Source: the human T2T-CHM13v2.0 reference genome, Homo sapiens | Strand: one strand, 5' to 3' | DNA: 64,000 bases | Assembly (NCBI RefSeq): GCF_009914755.1 | Contig: NC_060939.1 | Part shown: positions 28,151-45,759 of the stretch, piece after piece | Numbering within the stretch: position 1 is the first letter of the stretch | How the letters are laid out: each line of letters begins with the position of its first letter | Notes under the pieces: generated by a model | The model's input: only the letters and a program-made list of their open reading frames with translations | Told to the model about the DNA's origin: nothing | Database searches by the model: none | Translations under genes and position numbers: made by a program

Positions 28151-29107
28151 TATGTTTTTAGAGTTTCATCTCTAAAGGCAACTGAAAGTAGACAGCTCCC
28201 AGGCCTTGTAGAGTGATTACTAATTGACTTGAACATTAAACAGGCAAGAATTATTTCTACCCGAGGAAAACCTAATGAGGAAAACATCTGGCCCCTCAGC
28301 AGAGGCTGGGAAATGCTTGTGTCTCTTCCAGGGACTAGCCAGCGCCTGGCGACGTGCAGCGCTTTGTTAACGTGCATTTTCCGACTCCATATGTTCCTGC
28401 GGTTGAGGGGAGGCGAGGCGCGGGGCAGCGCGTGGAGAGGAAGGCCTGGCCAGGCCACTTCGGTTTTGTTTGGACGGAGGATTTGGCTCTTCATTTATTT
28501 ACACCATGGTGGATTGTTTTGTCTCTCACCTCCTCTCTAATCCCATATTTCATCTCTCTGGCCAACAACCGAATAATAAAGTAAATAGATAGGACAAGCT
28601 GGTGGGTCCCACAGAGCTGGAGCTGATGAGACTCGCTTGAAAATTCCCTTCCTTAGATTTTAAATTCTGTGACTCAGACTTGTGTTTAAACACACACACG
28701 CACACACACCCCTCACAGAAATGTGGGTGGGAAAGTGGAGGACTGAGGGTCATTATGTCTCTCTGTTCCCACCTAACCTAAGTGGCCATTTCTAGATGCC
28801 ATTTTAAAATTGTTTCCTTCCTGTAATAAGAGCCTCTTGTACTAAAGAAAATCATCTTTCCTGAAATGTGGGTTTCTGGGGTCTGAAAAAGACACATTGT
28901 GAGTGTAAGGATGTGGAGCATCCCGGCTCTGTGTGAGGGCACAGGGATCCCCTCAGAGGAGGGGGCTTCCGCCTGGCCCTGAGCCCCCTGTGGCCTGCCC
29001 TCGGGCCATCCCTTCCTCCTCTGGACTCGATGATCCTCAGGCCCTGCTGGCTGTGATGGCCTAAAGGCTGTGGTTACTGACAACTTAGCAACCTGGGTGC
29101 GTGGATG

Positions 29108-29109
<2 letters not shown>

Positions 29110-29139
<30 letters not shown>
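29110..29139. repeat. (TG)n microsatellite
   Basis: ~15 TG units. Confidence 0.9.
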
Positions 29140-29141
<2 letters not shown>

Positions 29142-29169
29142 TGCTTGCGGGATGCTCTCTCTTCCAGGC

Positions 29170-29320
29170 AACTCTTCTCAATGACTCTATGAGGCAGGCA
29201 CTCCATTACCGCAAGATGAAGATGAGGAAACTGAGGCACAGAGAGGCTGAGGGAGTTGCCTGAAGTCATATGGTGAGGAAGTGGTGGAGGTGAGATGGTA
29301 GCCACATGTCTGTCTCTAGG
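29170..29320. mobile_element. MIR fragment
   Basis: agatgaggaaactgaggcacagagaggctgagggagttgcctgaagtca core. Confidence 0.7.
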
Positions 29321-30389
29321 AACTCTCAGGGGACTCCCCTGCAGACAGACAATGCTGCATGTAGTCCAACTGATCCCTTGGCTGGCTTTACTGTGACATC
29401 TTTAAACCGTTCACCCAGCGCCCAGGTGACGTGTCTTGGGCCACTAGCCACTGTGGGTTGGGTTTTGCTGGAAGCCACCTCTGCACATTCCACTGTGAAT
29501 TGCTTTCCCCACTCAGACTAGGGGCTCCATGGCTTCTGGCTGACCCTCGAGCATTGCACAGGTTGATAGGGCTGTTTGGTTCCTTGTCAGCCAGTCCAGT
29601 GAAGGGCTGGGTAACTGTAGGAGAGCCCAGCTTCCGAATCTAAATCAAGCAATACCAATCAACGAAAAACACCATGGTCTTCTGGCTTGAAAAACTTCTT
29701 GGTGAATAAGAGGCAACATTACATTTCATTTTCTGGATGTATCTTTCCACCCACCCACACCAACCCCCCAAGAAAATCTAGTTACTGCGACCCAGTAACA
29801 ACCAGCAAGCTTGAGGTATGTTCAAGTTCAGACAGAGAGTGATGTGGCGATGACTGGAAACCCATGCCCAGCTCTGAAGGGGTTTCGCCTGCACGTGGGC
29901 TTCAAACGGGGCTGTCCTCCCAGGGGTGGCTGCTGGAGCACCGAGGGATGGACAGCACTCCCAGCGCGGGAGCAGCAGCCGGTTCACCCCTGCGGGGCTA
30001 GGAGCTTTCTGCAAGAGATGGCTCGGCTCAGCTGACTCCTGGCAGGAATTTGCCTGCCTTCCGAGGGTGGGTCCAGCCCCCACCACCATCACAGGAGTCT
30101 GGAGAGCGGGAGAAGACCTGATTGCTTCCCCCTGGGTAAAGTGAGCCCTGAATGAGGCAGGCTTTTGTAGATGGATCTATACGTTTGACGGCCTCATTCT
30201 CTGAATCCTGAATCAAGACTTAGATCTCTCAATGAGCTTTCATGCTGTTTGGAGGTTTAGGAGGCAGCTTGGGAGAGGGTATTTTGTAGCTGAAATGTGA
30301 ATTTCTGGGACATTTTGACAGCTTATGAGGACTGAGGTTTAGACACTTGGAATTGTAACTTTCCTGGAGATTCCAGGGTGTTTGGTCGG

Positions 30390-30687
30390 CGTATTGGTTT
30401 GTGAGGGCTGTTTCAGAGTGCCACAGCCTGGGGACTTAAACAGCAGAAATGGATCGTCTCTCAGTTCTGGAGGCTGAAAGACAAAAATCAAGGTGCTGGC
30501 AGGGTGGGGTCCTACTGAGGGCTGGGAGGGAAACTCTGCTCCAGGCCTCTCTCTAGCTTCGGGGAGGGTTTCTGGAGATCTTTGGCATCCCTTGGCTTGT
30601 TGAAAACTCATCCTGATCTGTGCCTTCATGTCCATGTGGCAGTCTCCCCGTGTGTGTCTCTCTCTGTCCACGTCTCTCCTTTTTATT

Positions 30688-30718
<31 letters not shown>

Positions 30719-31183
30719 TTTTTCTGAGACGGAGTTTCACTCTGTCGCCCAGGATGGAGTGCAATGGCAAGATCTCGGCTCACTGCAAGCTCCGCCTCCC
30801 AGGTTCATGCCATTCTCCTGCCTCAGCCTCCTGAGTAGCTGGGACCAGAGGCGCCCGCCACCACGCCCGGCTAACTTTTTGTATTTTTAGTAGAGACAGG
30901 GTTTCACCAAGTTAGCCAGCATGGTCTCAATCTCCTGACCTTGTGATCTGCCTGCCTCAGACTCCCAAAATGCTGGGATTACAGGCGTGAGCCACTGCGC
31001 CTGGCCCTCATCTCCTTTTTATAAGGACACCAGTCTCATTAGATTAGGGCCCACCCTAATGACCTCATCTTAACTTGGTGCAGCCTGCAAAGACCCTATT
31101 TATTAGTAAATTGCAGTCTGCAGCGCTCGGGGTTAGGATTCAACACATGAATTTTAGTTGGGAACACAATTCCACCCATCAGA
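30390..31183 (-). mobile_element. MLT1C-like LTR (ERVL-MaLR) with nested Alu
   Basis: cttaaacagcagaaat...cagttctggaggctg...taaggacaccagtc...ttagggcccaccctaatgacctcattttaact...acacaattccacccatc. Confidence 0.8.
30682..31006 (-). mobile_element. AluY-like (youngest Alu here), (TTTA)n tail
   Basis: AluY-type gcaagctccgcc, gccattctcc and gttagccag; TSD tctcctttttat. Confidence 0.88.
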
Positions 31184-32899
31184 GTCACCATATTTGGCTC
31201 CACTTAGCCATGGCCTGCTTGGTGCAGTCATCCTCCACCTGCTCATAGCACACTTGATTAAGACTGGAAGGATGAGGGCTCACTTTTCAAAGTGTGCTCA
31301 TTGAAGTGGCAGGAGGCTGTGAATCACAGGGACCCCGTGCTGGGAGCACTGGGTATACGTGGAAGTCGCTTCAGGGAGAGAAGAGGAGATGGGGAGAGTT
31401 GGGATGTTTACACTATTGCCTGGGAAGTGATGGGCTCTGCTCCCGGGCTGCCTCACCCCAGCCCTGTTAATACATTGGCTGTTCAGGACCCTTTCCCCAG
31501 AGCCCCAGGCTGGGTTCTGGCACGAAGGCCCACACCCACAATGGAAAGGCTCGAGGTATTGGAAAGTAAGTCCCCCCGCCCCCACAAGACTTCCTGAGAG
31601 CTGCCAGGTGAGCATGGCAGGAGGTGACCACACTGTTTTAATATCTGGAAGTCACCAGAAAGGGGCGAGCCCTGCCGATGGTTCTGTTGTTAAAGGGGCC
31701 ATTTCCAGCGCAGCTTTGGGGGCACAGGTAGAAACAAACGTTTCATGAATGAACCTCCACCCGGCGATTGCTCTTCAACGTGGAAATGGCAGCACTGCGT
31801 AGCAGGGAGGGGAACTCTGCACTGGGGGTCTACTGGGGAGAACTTAAGGAAAGCTCATTTGCATCTTGAGTTAAAGCACCCTGGGCGCTGTGCCTCTGTC
31901 TGGGAATCTCTGTGGGTGTGTGGAATTAGATGCACCTGCGTTCAAGTCCTGACTGCACACCTCTGTGCTGCGTGGTGATGGGTAAGCCACCTCACTCCCA
32001 GAGACTCAGTTCCCACACAGGGACAGTGGGTACAGGGCTCCTGTGAAGAGGACCCAGATGATGGGTGTCAACAGGCACTGGCAAATGACAGCCGGCAAGT
32101 TAAGCAAGCTGCGTCCAGCCACATCGCCCAGCCTCCTCCTTGCTGGGGTCATTTCCCCCACCCGACCTCACTGCAGAATCCATACTTTTACAGATGGAGG
32201 CAAAAAGCACTCCCTAAAATACTCATGAGTCTAATTCCTGTGACTCTAACCCAAAATACTCCTGACTCTAAACCAAGACTACCCCAGTTTTTTCCTTTTT
32301 AAGAGGAATTACCCAATAGAGCTTGGAATTTGTTTATTAGTGGTTATTTGTGCACATTTGCAAAAGGGGGAGACCAGTTGGAGACCACAGTATTTATGAA
32401 AAGAAAAAAAGCTCGTGTCCTGTTTTCATGTGTGTGTGTGTTTTAATGAGTCATTCGCTACAGCGTGATCTGCTGGGCACGGGGATTACCGAATATTCTA
32501 GAGTCTAAGGCTCTGGATTTTACCGTTATTGTAAGAGGCACCATCAGAGCAGTAACAGCTTTTCAGAAGGGAAAAATGCCACCATCTTAACATACGCGTC
32601 CATTGTAAAAGTCATCATGAATTCAGAAATGTTAAAAAGAGGGGAAATGTCAACCAGGAAATATGGTGTGTGAATGCTGACCATCCGGCAGAGGGCAGGA
32701 CAGCCACAGCCTCAGTAGAGGGTGGGACACAGAGCAGGGGACAGTCTGGGGGTTGCTGTTGAGTGTGGGCTTGGAAAGGCAGCTCTGTGTGGGTGGGAGC
32801 CTCATATGCGTGAGATCGGCCCAAATGTGCCCCCTCAGAAAAGCACAGGTTGTACTTTTCATCTCCACGTCCCGCTTAAGGAACCCATTTTTGGACTTT

Positions 32900-33995
<1,096 letters not shown>

Positions 33996-34288
33996 TTCAT
34001 ATATATATTTTTAATTAGGTCTTGAGGCTTACTTTTGTTTTTTCAGACTGAGATGAGGTTTTGAATCCATTTTTTGGTATGTGAAAGTTTTTTTTATATA
34101 TACTTTAAGTTCTAGGGTACATGTGCACAACGTGCAGGTTTGTTACATAGGTATACATGTGCCATGTTGGTTTGCTGCACCCATTAACTTGTCATTTACA
34201 TTAGGTATATCTCCTAATGCTATCCCTTCCCCCACCACAGGCCCCAGTGTGTGATGTTCCCCGCCCCATGTCCACGTGTTCTCATTGT

Positions 34289-38110
<3,822 letters not shown>

Positions 38111-38173
38111 TATGATGTTAGCTGGTTATTTTGCCCATTAGTTGATGCAGTTTCTTCCTAGCCTCGATGGTCT

Positions 38174-39198
38174 TTACAATTTGGCATGTTTTTGCAGTGG
38201 CTGGTACCGGTTGTTCCTTTCCATGTTCAGTGCTTCCTTCAGGAACTCTTGTAAGTCAGGCCCGGTGGTGACAAAATCTCTCAGCATTTGCTTGTCTTTA
38301 AAGGATTTTATTTCTCCTTCACTTATGAAGCTTAGTTTGGCTGGATATGAAATTCTGGGTTGAAAATTCTTTTTTTAAGAATGTTGAATATTGGTCCCCA
38401 CTCTCTTCTGGCTTATAGAGTTTCTGCCAAGATATCTGTTGTTAGTCTGATGGGCTTCCCTTTGTGGGTAACCTGACCTTTCTCTCTGGCTGCCCTTAAC
38501 ATTTTTTCCTTCATTTCAACTTTGGTGAATCTGACAATTATGTGTCTTGGGGTTGCTCTTTTCAAGGAGTATCTTTGTGGTGTTCTCTGTATTTCCTGAA
38601 TTTGAATGCTGGCCTGCCTTGCTATGTTGGGGAAGTTCTCCTGGATAATATCGTGAAAAGTGTTTTCCAACTTGGTTCTGTTCTCCCTGTCACTTTCAGG
38701 TACACCAGTCAGACGTAGATTTTGTCTTTTCACATAGTCCCATATTTCTTGGAGGCTTTGTTCATTTCTTTTTACTCTTTTTTCTCTAAACTTCTCTTCT
38801 TGCTTTATTTCATTAATTTGATCTTGAATCACTGATACCCTTTCTTCCACTTGATCAAATTGGCTATTGAAGCTTATGCATGTGTCACGTAGTTCTCATG
38901 CCATGGTTTTCAGCTCTATCAGGTCATTTAAGGTCTTCTCTACACTGTTTATTCTAGTTAGCCATTTGTCTAATCTTTTTTCAAGGTTTTTAGCTTCCTT
39001 GCGATGGGTTCAAACATTCTCCTTTAGCTCAGAGAAGTTTGTCATTACCGACCTTCTGAAGTCTACTTCTGTCAGCTTGTCAAAGTCATTCTTTGTCCAG
39101 CTTTGTTCTGCTGCTGGCGAGGAGCTGCGACCCTTTGGAGGAGAAGAGACTTTCTGGTGTTTAGAATTTTCAGCTTTTCTGCTCTGGTTTCTCCCCAT
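38174..39198 (-). pseudogene. L1 ORF1p (disrupted)
   Basis: MGRNQSRKAENSK..., SLQEIWDYVKRQNLRL, ATPRHIIVRFTKVEMKEK; broken by stops. Confidence 0.9.
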
Positions 39199-40204
39199 CT
39201 TTGTGGTTTTTTTCTACCTTTGGTCTTTGATGTTAGTGACCTACAGATGGGGTTTTGGTGTGGATGTCCTTTTAGTTGATGTTGATGCTATTCCTTTCTG
39301 TTTGTTAGTTTTCCTTCTAACAGGTCCCTCAGCTGCAGGTCTGTTGGAGTTTGCTGGAGGTCCACTCTAGACCCTGTTTCCCTGGGTATCACCAGCAGAG
39401 GCTGCAGAACAGTAAATATTGCAGAACAGCAAATATGGCTGCCTGATCCTTCTTCTGGAAGCTTCGTCCCAGAGGGGCACCTGCCTGTATGAGGTGTCAG
39501 TCGACCCCTACTGGGAGGTGTCTCCCAGTTAGGCTACACGGGGGTCAGGCACCCACTTGAGGAGGCAGTCTGTCCATTCTCAGAGCTCAAACCCTGTGCT
39601 GGCAGAACCACTGCTCTCTTCAGAGCTGTCAGACAGGGACGTTTAAGTCTGCAGAAGTTTCTGCTGCCTTTTGTTCAGCTATGCCCTGCCCCCAGAGGTG
39701 GAGACTACAGAGGCAGCAGGCCTTGGTGAGCTGAGGTGGGCTCCACCCAGTTCAAGCTTCCCTGGCTGCTTTGTTTACCTACTCAAGCCTCAGCAATGGC
39801 GGACACCCCTCCCCCTGCCAGGCTTGCTGCCTCGCAGTTCTATCTCAGACTAACAGTGAGCAAGGTTCTGTGGGTGTGGCATATAATCTCCTGGTGTGCC
39901 GTTTGCAAGACCATTGGAAAAGTGCACTATTTGGGTGGGAGTGTCCCATTTTTCCAGGTACAGTCTGTTACGCTTCCCCTGGCTAGGAAAAGGAAATCCC
40001 CTGACCCCTTGTGCTTCCTGGATGAGGCAATGCCCCGCCCTGCTTTGAGTTGCCCTCTGTGGGCTGCACCCACTGTCCAACCAGTCCTGGTGAGATGAAC
40101 CAGGTACCTCAGTTGGAAATGCAGAAATCACCCATCTTCTGCATCTATCACGCTGGGAGCTGCAGACTGGAGCTGTTCCTATTCGGCCATCTTGGAATGG
40201 AATC

Positions 40205-40513
40205 TTTTTTTTTTTTTTTTTTTTTTTAGATGGAGTCTTGCTCTGTCGCCAGGCTGGAGGGCTAGAGTGCAGTGGTGTGATCTCAGCTCACTGTAACCTC
40301 CGTGTCCTAGGTTCAAGCAATTCTCCTGCCTCAGCCTCCTGAATAGCTTGGATTACAGGCAAGCACCACTACACCTGGCTAATTTTTGTATTTTTAGTAG
40401 AGATGGGGTTTCACCATGTTGGTCAGACTGGTCTTGAACTCCTGACCTCATGATCCGCCTGCCTCAGCCTCCCAAAGTGCTGGGATTATAGGCATAAGCC
40501 ATTGCACCTGGCC
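40205..40513 (-). mobile_element. AluS abutting the L1 5' end
   Basis: Poly-T starts 40205; small internal duplication ggctggag/ggctagag. Confidence 0.93.
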
Positions 40514-40904
40514 GAGGTTTTCTTTTATCTGTTTGGCCTGGGAAAAATTGTTGAGAGTAGGCCATATAGGGGCATACGATTGTCCCCAGCAAAGTGGTGC
40601 TATTTGCAACCTCCTCTCCCCAGCTCACACTCTGCATTCCCCAGGTGGGACTGCCTCACTCCTCTGGTGTGTGGGTTGCTTTGAGCTGATACTATTTTTT
40701 CTTCATTCAATGGAGTGGCCTTCTATCTCTCATATTCTAATATTGACAGTTTTTCACATTTTAACATTTCTGAAACAGGTTGTGGCTTAAAATTGATGGC
40801 ATCTTATAGTTTATGACATATGGCAGCTGACTCAGACTCACCTGTCAGCCATTCTCAGGCCAGGTTTGTGTCCTGATGTTGCCCCTGGGGTGAAATTAAA
40901 GCTT

Positions 40905-41235
40905 CTTTTTATTTTTAGTTTTTAAGTTTGTGTGTGTGTGTGTGTGTTTTGAGATGGAGTCTTATTCTGTCACCCAGGCTGGAGTGCAGTGGCGCAGTGA
41001 TCTCGGCTCACTGCAACCTCCGCATCCTGGGTTCAAGCAATTTTCCTGCATCAGCCTCCACAGCAGGTAGGATTACAGATGTGCCACCATCACACCTGGC
41101 TAATTTTTGTATTTTCAGTAGAGATGGGGTTTCACCATGTTTGCCAGGATGGTCTCGAACTCCTGACCTCAAGTGATTCACCCACCTCAGCCTCCCAAAG
41201 TGCTGGGATTATAGGCATGAGCCACCTTGCTGGTG
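40905..41235 (-). mobile_element. AluS with (TG)n in tail
   Basis: TSD aattaaagcttctt on both sides. Confidence 0.93.
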
Positions 41236-41399
41236 CAATTAAAGCTTCTTGTGGGTCTGTGGGCCCCCCTCATCTCTCCTTGGCGTCTCAGCCATTTCCC
41301 CAAGTGCGACATTCTCTCTCACCTCACCGTCTCTGTGTCTGCTGCTTCTGAGGCCTGAGTCTGGCTAGGTTCCCATGCCATTTCAGTTTCTCCCTTCTG

Positions 41400-41625
41400 C
41401 TGGTTGAATCCGAGGCATTCCGAAGGTCTCAGCTGAGACATCCTGTCCTGCAGGAAGCCTTCTCTGACCACCCCAGAGTAGGTGGGGAGTCTTGTTATTC
41501 CCTGTATCACCTGCTTGTGGGACTCTCCTTCCCACAAAACTGTGAGCTTTGTGGACATGGGACTCCTTTTTCATCTAGCACCTGGTGCTTAGCACGAATT
41601 TCTTAAGAAAACAAATGAACATTAT
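41400..41625 (+). mobile_element. L2 fragment
   Basis: tctcagctgagacatc...caggaagccttctctgaccacc...ctgtgagctt...ctagcacctggtgc. Confidence 0.5.
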
Positions 41626-42162
41626 GACCATCATGTTATGACATCTGGAGAAAAGATGAAGATAAAAGTGTTGCAAAGGCAGCTCGTAACAACAATCCAT
41701 TATCCAGAAGCCTTTATGCACCTGATCAGATTCGGGGAGAGAGAAGAGACTGGCCAGCATGTGGGGGTGAGGAAGGTTTCATGGGCACAAAGGACTGGGC
41801 CCCACTTTTCTTCTAACTCAGACAGTGGCTGTGCCCCATAGGGACCCTCTTTCACAAACCTCATGACACATCCTGTCAGAATGTCCTCTATGTGTCTTCG
41901 CAAGTTGAGAAACTTGAGGCATGTGGCCAGACCTTGTATATGGAGACACAGAGAGTTGTGTGGAGTGCAAATCCTACCCCTCATGGGAGGAATTCAGACA
42001 TCCACCCTGCCTTCAAGAGTTGACTTGATGGCTACTGGGCGTGGGGAGCAGGCCAGGAGCCTTGGAAAATCTCCGGCAGATGGATCTGCTCACTCAAGGG
42101 TCAGTCCCTCTAAAATGAGGCCTTTCTGTTTCATTAGTGTTTGGTAATGAAGTGGTGGATGT

Positions 42163-42873
42163 TGTAACCACACAACAGGTTCTTCTTGCCCACTGCCCAG
42201 AGAGGGCCCATTTCCCAACACAGGGAAATTGTAGTAGAGAGGGAGTTAATACACACAGAGCTGGCTCAACAGGAGAATGGAGAATTATTATTACTCAAAT
42301 AAGCCACCCTGAAAATTTGGAGGCTAGTGTTTTTTAAATATAGTTTGGTGGGCGGGGGGCTAGAGAATGGGTATTGCTGACTGGTTGGGGATATGATCAT
42401 GGGGGTGTGGAAAATGGTCCTCATGCACTGAGTCCGCTTCTGGGTGGGGACCACAGGAGTTGCTGGTCCTGGTGGAGTCGTCCAGCAGTCAGAAATGCAA
42501 AAGTCTGAAAACACATCTCAAAAGGCCAGTTTCAGGCTCTACAATGATGATGTTATTTACAGGAGTAATTGGGGAAGTTACAAATCTTATGACCTCTGGA
42601 TTGATGGCTGATAATAGTTTAACTATGAATTCAGGCTCCTCTAAGCTGCCTAAGCCACTGGCCTTTCATTAGTTTTACAGAGGCAGTTTAGTTTAGGGGG
42701 AGGGCTGTTATCATTTAAACTATAGACTAAATTTCTCCTAAAGTTAGGTTGGCCCACAATCAGGAATGACCAAGGGCAGTTTGGAGGTTAAAGGCAAGAT
42801 GGAGTTGGTTAGGTCAGGTCACTTTTACTGTCATCATTTTCTCACTGTTATAATTTTCGCAAAGGTGGTTTGA
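42163..42873 (-). mobile_element. Solo LTR, LTR8/LTR8A-like (ERV1)
   Basis: Ends tgtaacc... and ...ttttcgcaaaggtggtttga; minus strand starts aaaccacctttgcgaaaattataac as in the LTR8 family. Perfect 4-bp TSD atgt at 42159-42162 and 42874-42877. Confidence 0.85.
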
Positions 42874-44470
42874 ATGTCATTGAACTACCTCTATCAAAAA
42901 ACTCTGAAGTCTGATGGTTTTGCAGCATCCATAAATGAAGGGTGCTTTAAACACTTGCTAGCATTTCAGGCATGAAAGGGTATTTTAATGCAGGGTTGGA
43001 TCTGTAACTCTAGAGGCAATTGGTATTTCCAGTCAAATACCGCAGTAGACAAAAGCTCCAAATCTTATTTCTTCACAGGCTCTTTTATCGTGGACTCTAA
43101 CAGAGTCTTCTCTAAACCTCAAAGTTCCTTGAGGGCCGTCTGAGCAGGCAGGGGGTGGTTTCCTGTGGACTCTGCTGTGGTTGAGACTTTACTAGTGGGC
43201 CCCAAGGCCAGAAAATGTCCCTGGGGGGGTGGGTCTCCTGGTTCTATTTTTGATAGCCCCTTTTGTCCCTGCCCCTACCATGCAGAACTGTCATCTACAC
43301 ACGTTTTCCTCTCCCTTCCTCTTGCTGAAAATATGAACTGCTCCTTTAATTTTGGGGGCCTGGCTGGCATGTGGGCCTTTTTGGAAGTGCTGAGGCACTA
43401 GTGGCAGTAGCTCCATTTGTGGAGAAGAAAGGAAGGGTTTCGTCTCTCCATCCTCCAAAAATACTCATGATTTTGCCCTGTGGGTCTGGAAGAGAATCTG
43501 GGCTCATCATTCCAGAGAGGAGATGTTTTGCCCCTATGCTCCGAAGTTGTCATCTCCCTTTTTATTCTGGAAGCTGGCCTTGGAGGGCTCTCAGGTCTTG
43601 GCCACAGAGCAGGAAAGAGTTGCCTCGATGAAGCGCCTCTTTAGGGCAAGGATGGAGGTGACTTCCTTATTTCCTCCTTACTGCTGGGCCCTCCTGAGAA
43701 AGGAGGAGCAGTGGCCATCCTGAGCTCCCCAAGAACCCCTGCATATAACAAAAATATAATTCCACTTATGATCTCCAGGGCTTTAAACAAATTACCCTAC
43801 TTTCCCCAAACGGAGTTTGTCCTGGCTGACATTTAGACACTCTCAGGCCTTAGGGAAGGACAGAGGACCAATATCATCCTTCAGTATCTGATTCCATTTG
43901 AAATGAGAGGTTCTGAATTCCTCTTCAGGGTCACAAGACACATCCTGTGGAATTTGGTGTCTTGGCTGAGTTTCCTTGAGAGCAGACATTCTGCAGAAGT
44001 GGGGTTAAGGCAAGCCACGTCCAGGCACCCTGTGCTCATGGATGGATTGAGACGAAGGCCAGAGTCTCAAAAAGACCCCTGATGACAAGCCGGCTCCCAT
44101 GCTGCGGTTCCAGCAGATGCTCTGGTGGAGTGCAGGACCTGAGGCGCACTTCCTAGGACACCAGGGTAGGGCTGCCCAGGTGCTGAAAGAGATGTGGAGG
44201 GTGAGGCAGGCCCCCGAGGACAGTGGAGCTGGAGCTGCTCCAGGAGAACAACCCTTGTGTTCCCTCCTTGTCAGGCAGCTGGCTGGAAAGTAGCTGTGGG
44301 CTTTCTAGAGTGCAGCCTGGGCTGCATCTGCATCAGGACAAGATCAACGGGAGAGCACTGATTCTCCATCCGAGATGGAGGCAGGTGGCCGCACACCCCA
44401 GGCACCGATTGACTGATATATTCATTCATCCATTTAAGTTCATATAGCTAGGGATGATTTAAAAAAACTG

Positions 44471-45192
44471 TTATTTTAGGTTCAGGAGCACATGTGCAGG
44501 TTTTTTTAAATTTTAGGTTCAGGAATACATGTCCAGGTTTGTTCAGGGGTACATGTGCAGGTAAATGTGTGTCACGGGGATTTGTTGTACAGATTTAGTC
44601 CCCAGGTACTAAGCCTAGTACCCAATAGCTATTTTTCTGATCCTCTCCCTCCTCCCAGCCTCCACCCTCAAGGAGGCCCCAGTGTGTGTCGTTCCCCTCT
44701 ATGTGTCCATGTGTTCTCATCATTTAGCTCCCACTTGTAGGTGAGAACATGTGGGATTTAGTTTTCTGTTCCTGGGTTAGTTTGCTAAGGATGATGGTCT
44801 CCAGCTCCATGCATGTCCCTGCAAAGGACATGATCTTGTTCTTTTTTATGGCTGCTTAGTATTCTATGGAGTATATGTACCACATTTTCTTTATCCAGTC
44901 TGTCACTGATCGGCATGTAGGTTGATTCCATGTCTTAGCTATTGTGACTAGAGCTGCAGTGAACATACGCGTGCATGTGTCTTTATGGTAGAATGATTTC
45001 TATTCCTTTGGGTATATACACAGTAATGGGATTGCTGGCTTGAATGGTAGTTCTGTTTTTAGCTCTTTGAGGAATCGCCACACTGTCTTCCACAATGGCT
45101 GAACTAATTTACACTTCCACCAACAGCGTGTAAGTGTTCTCTTTTCTCAGCAACCTCATCAGCATCTGTTATTTTTTGGCTTTATCATAATC
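44471..45192 (-). mobile_element. 5'-truncated L1PA13-16-like 3' fragment
   Basis: ttttaggttcagg..tacatgtgcagg, gtacccaatagctatttttctgatcctctccctcctccc; degenerate TSD agggatgatttaaaa / agggctgttttaaag. Confidence 0.85.
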
Positions 45193-45461
45193 AAGGGCTG
45201 TTTTAAAGAGCTCTGAAAGCAGCTTCCTACCTGCCACCAGCTGACCCTAGGTGTGGTGGGAAGGGGTTCCCAACAGCACCCTGCACGCCACTGTGGTGTG
45301 TTCTGGGGCGCGGGTCACAGTGGGCCTGGGCTGGCCGCTGGGGACCCCTGGCCCAGATGTCACCTCCCTGGAATGCTGGAAGGCTGGCAGAGTTCAGTCC
45401 TAATTGGGAAGGGCATGGCCAGAAGTGACTGCACCCTGTCTGGTTTGCCTGCCTGTCTTGG

Positions 45462-45759
<298 letters not shown>

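Noticed and set aside
28778-29305. 175-aa minus-strand ORF
   Set aside because: Built from a MIR plus a (CA)n repeat; no domain or exon structure.
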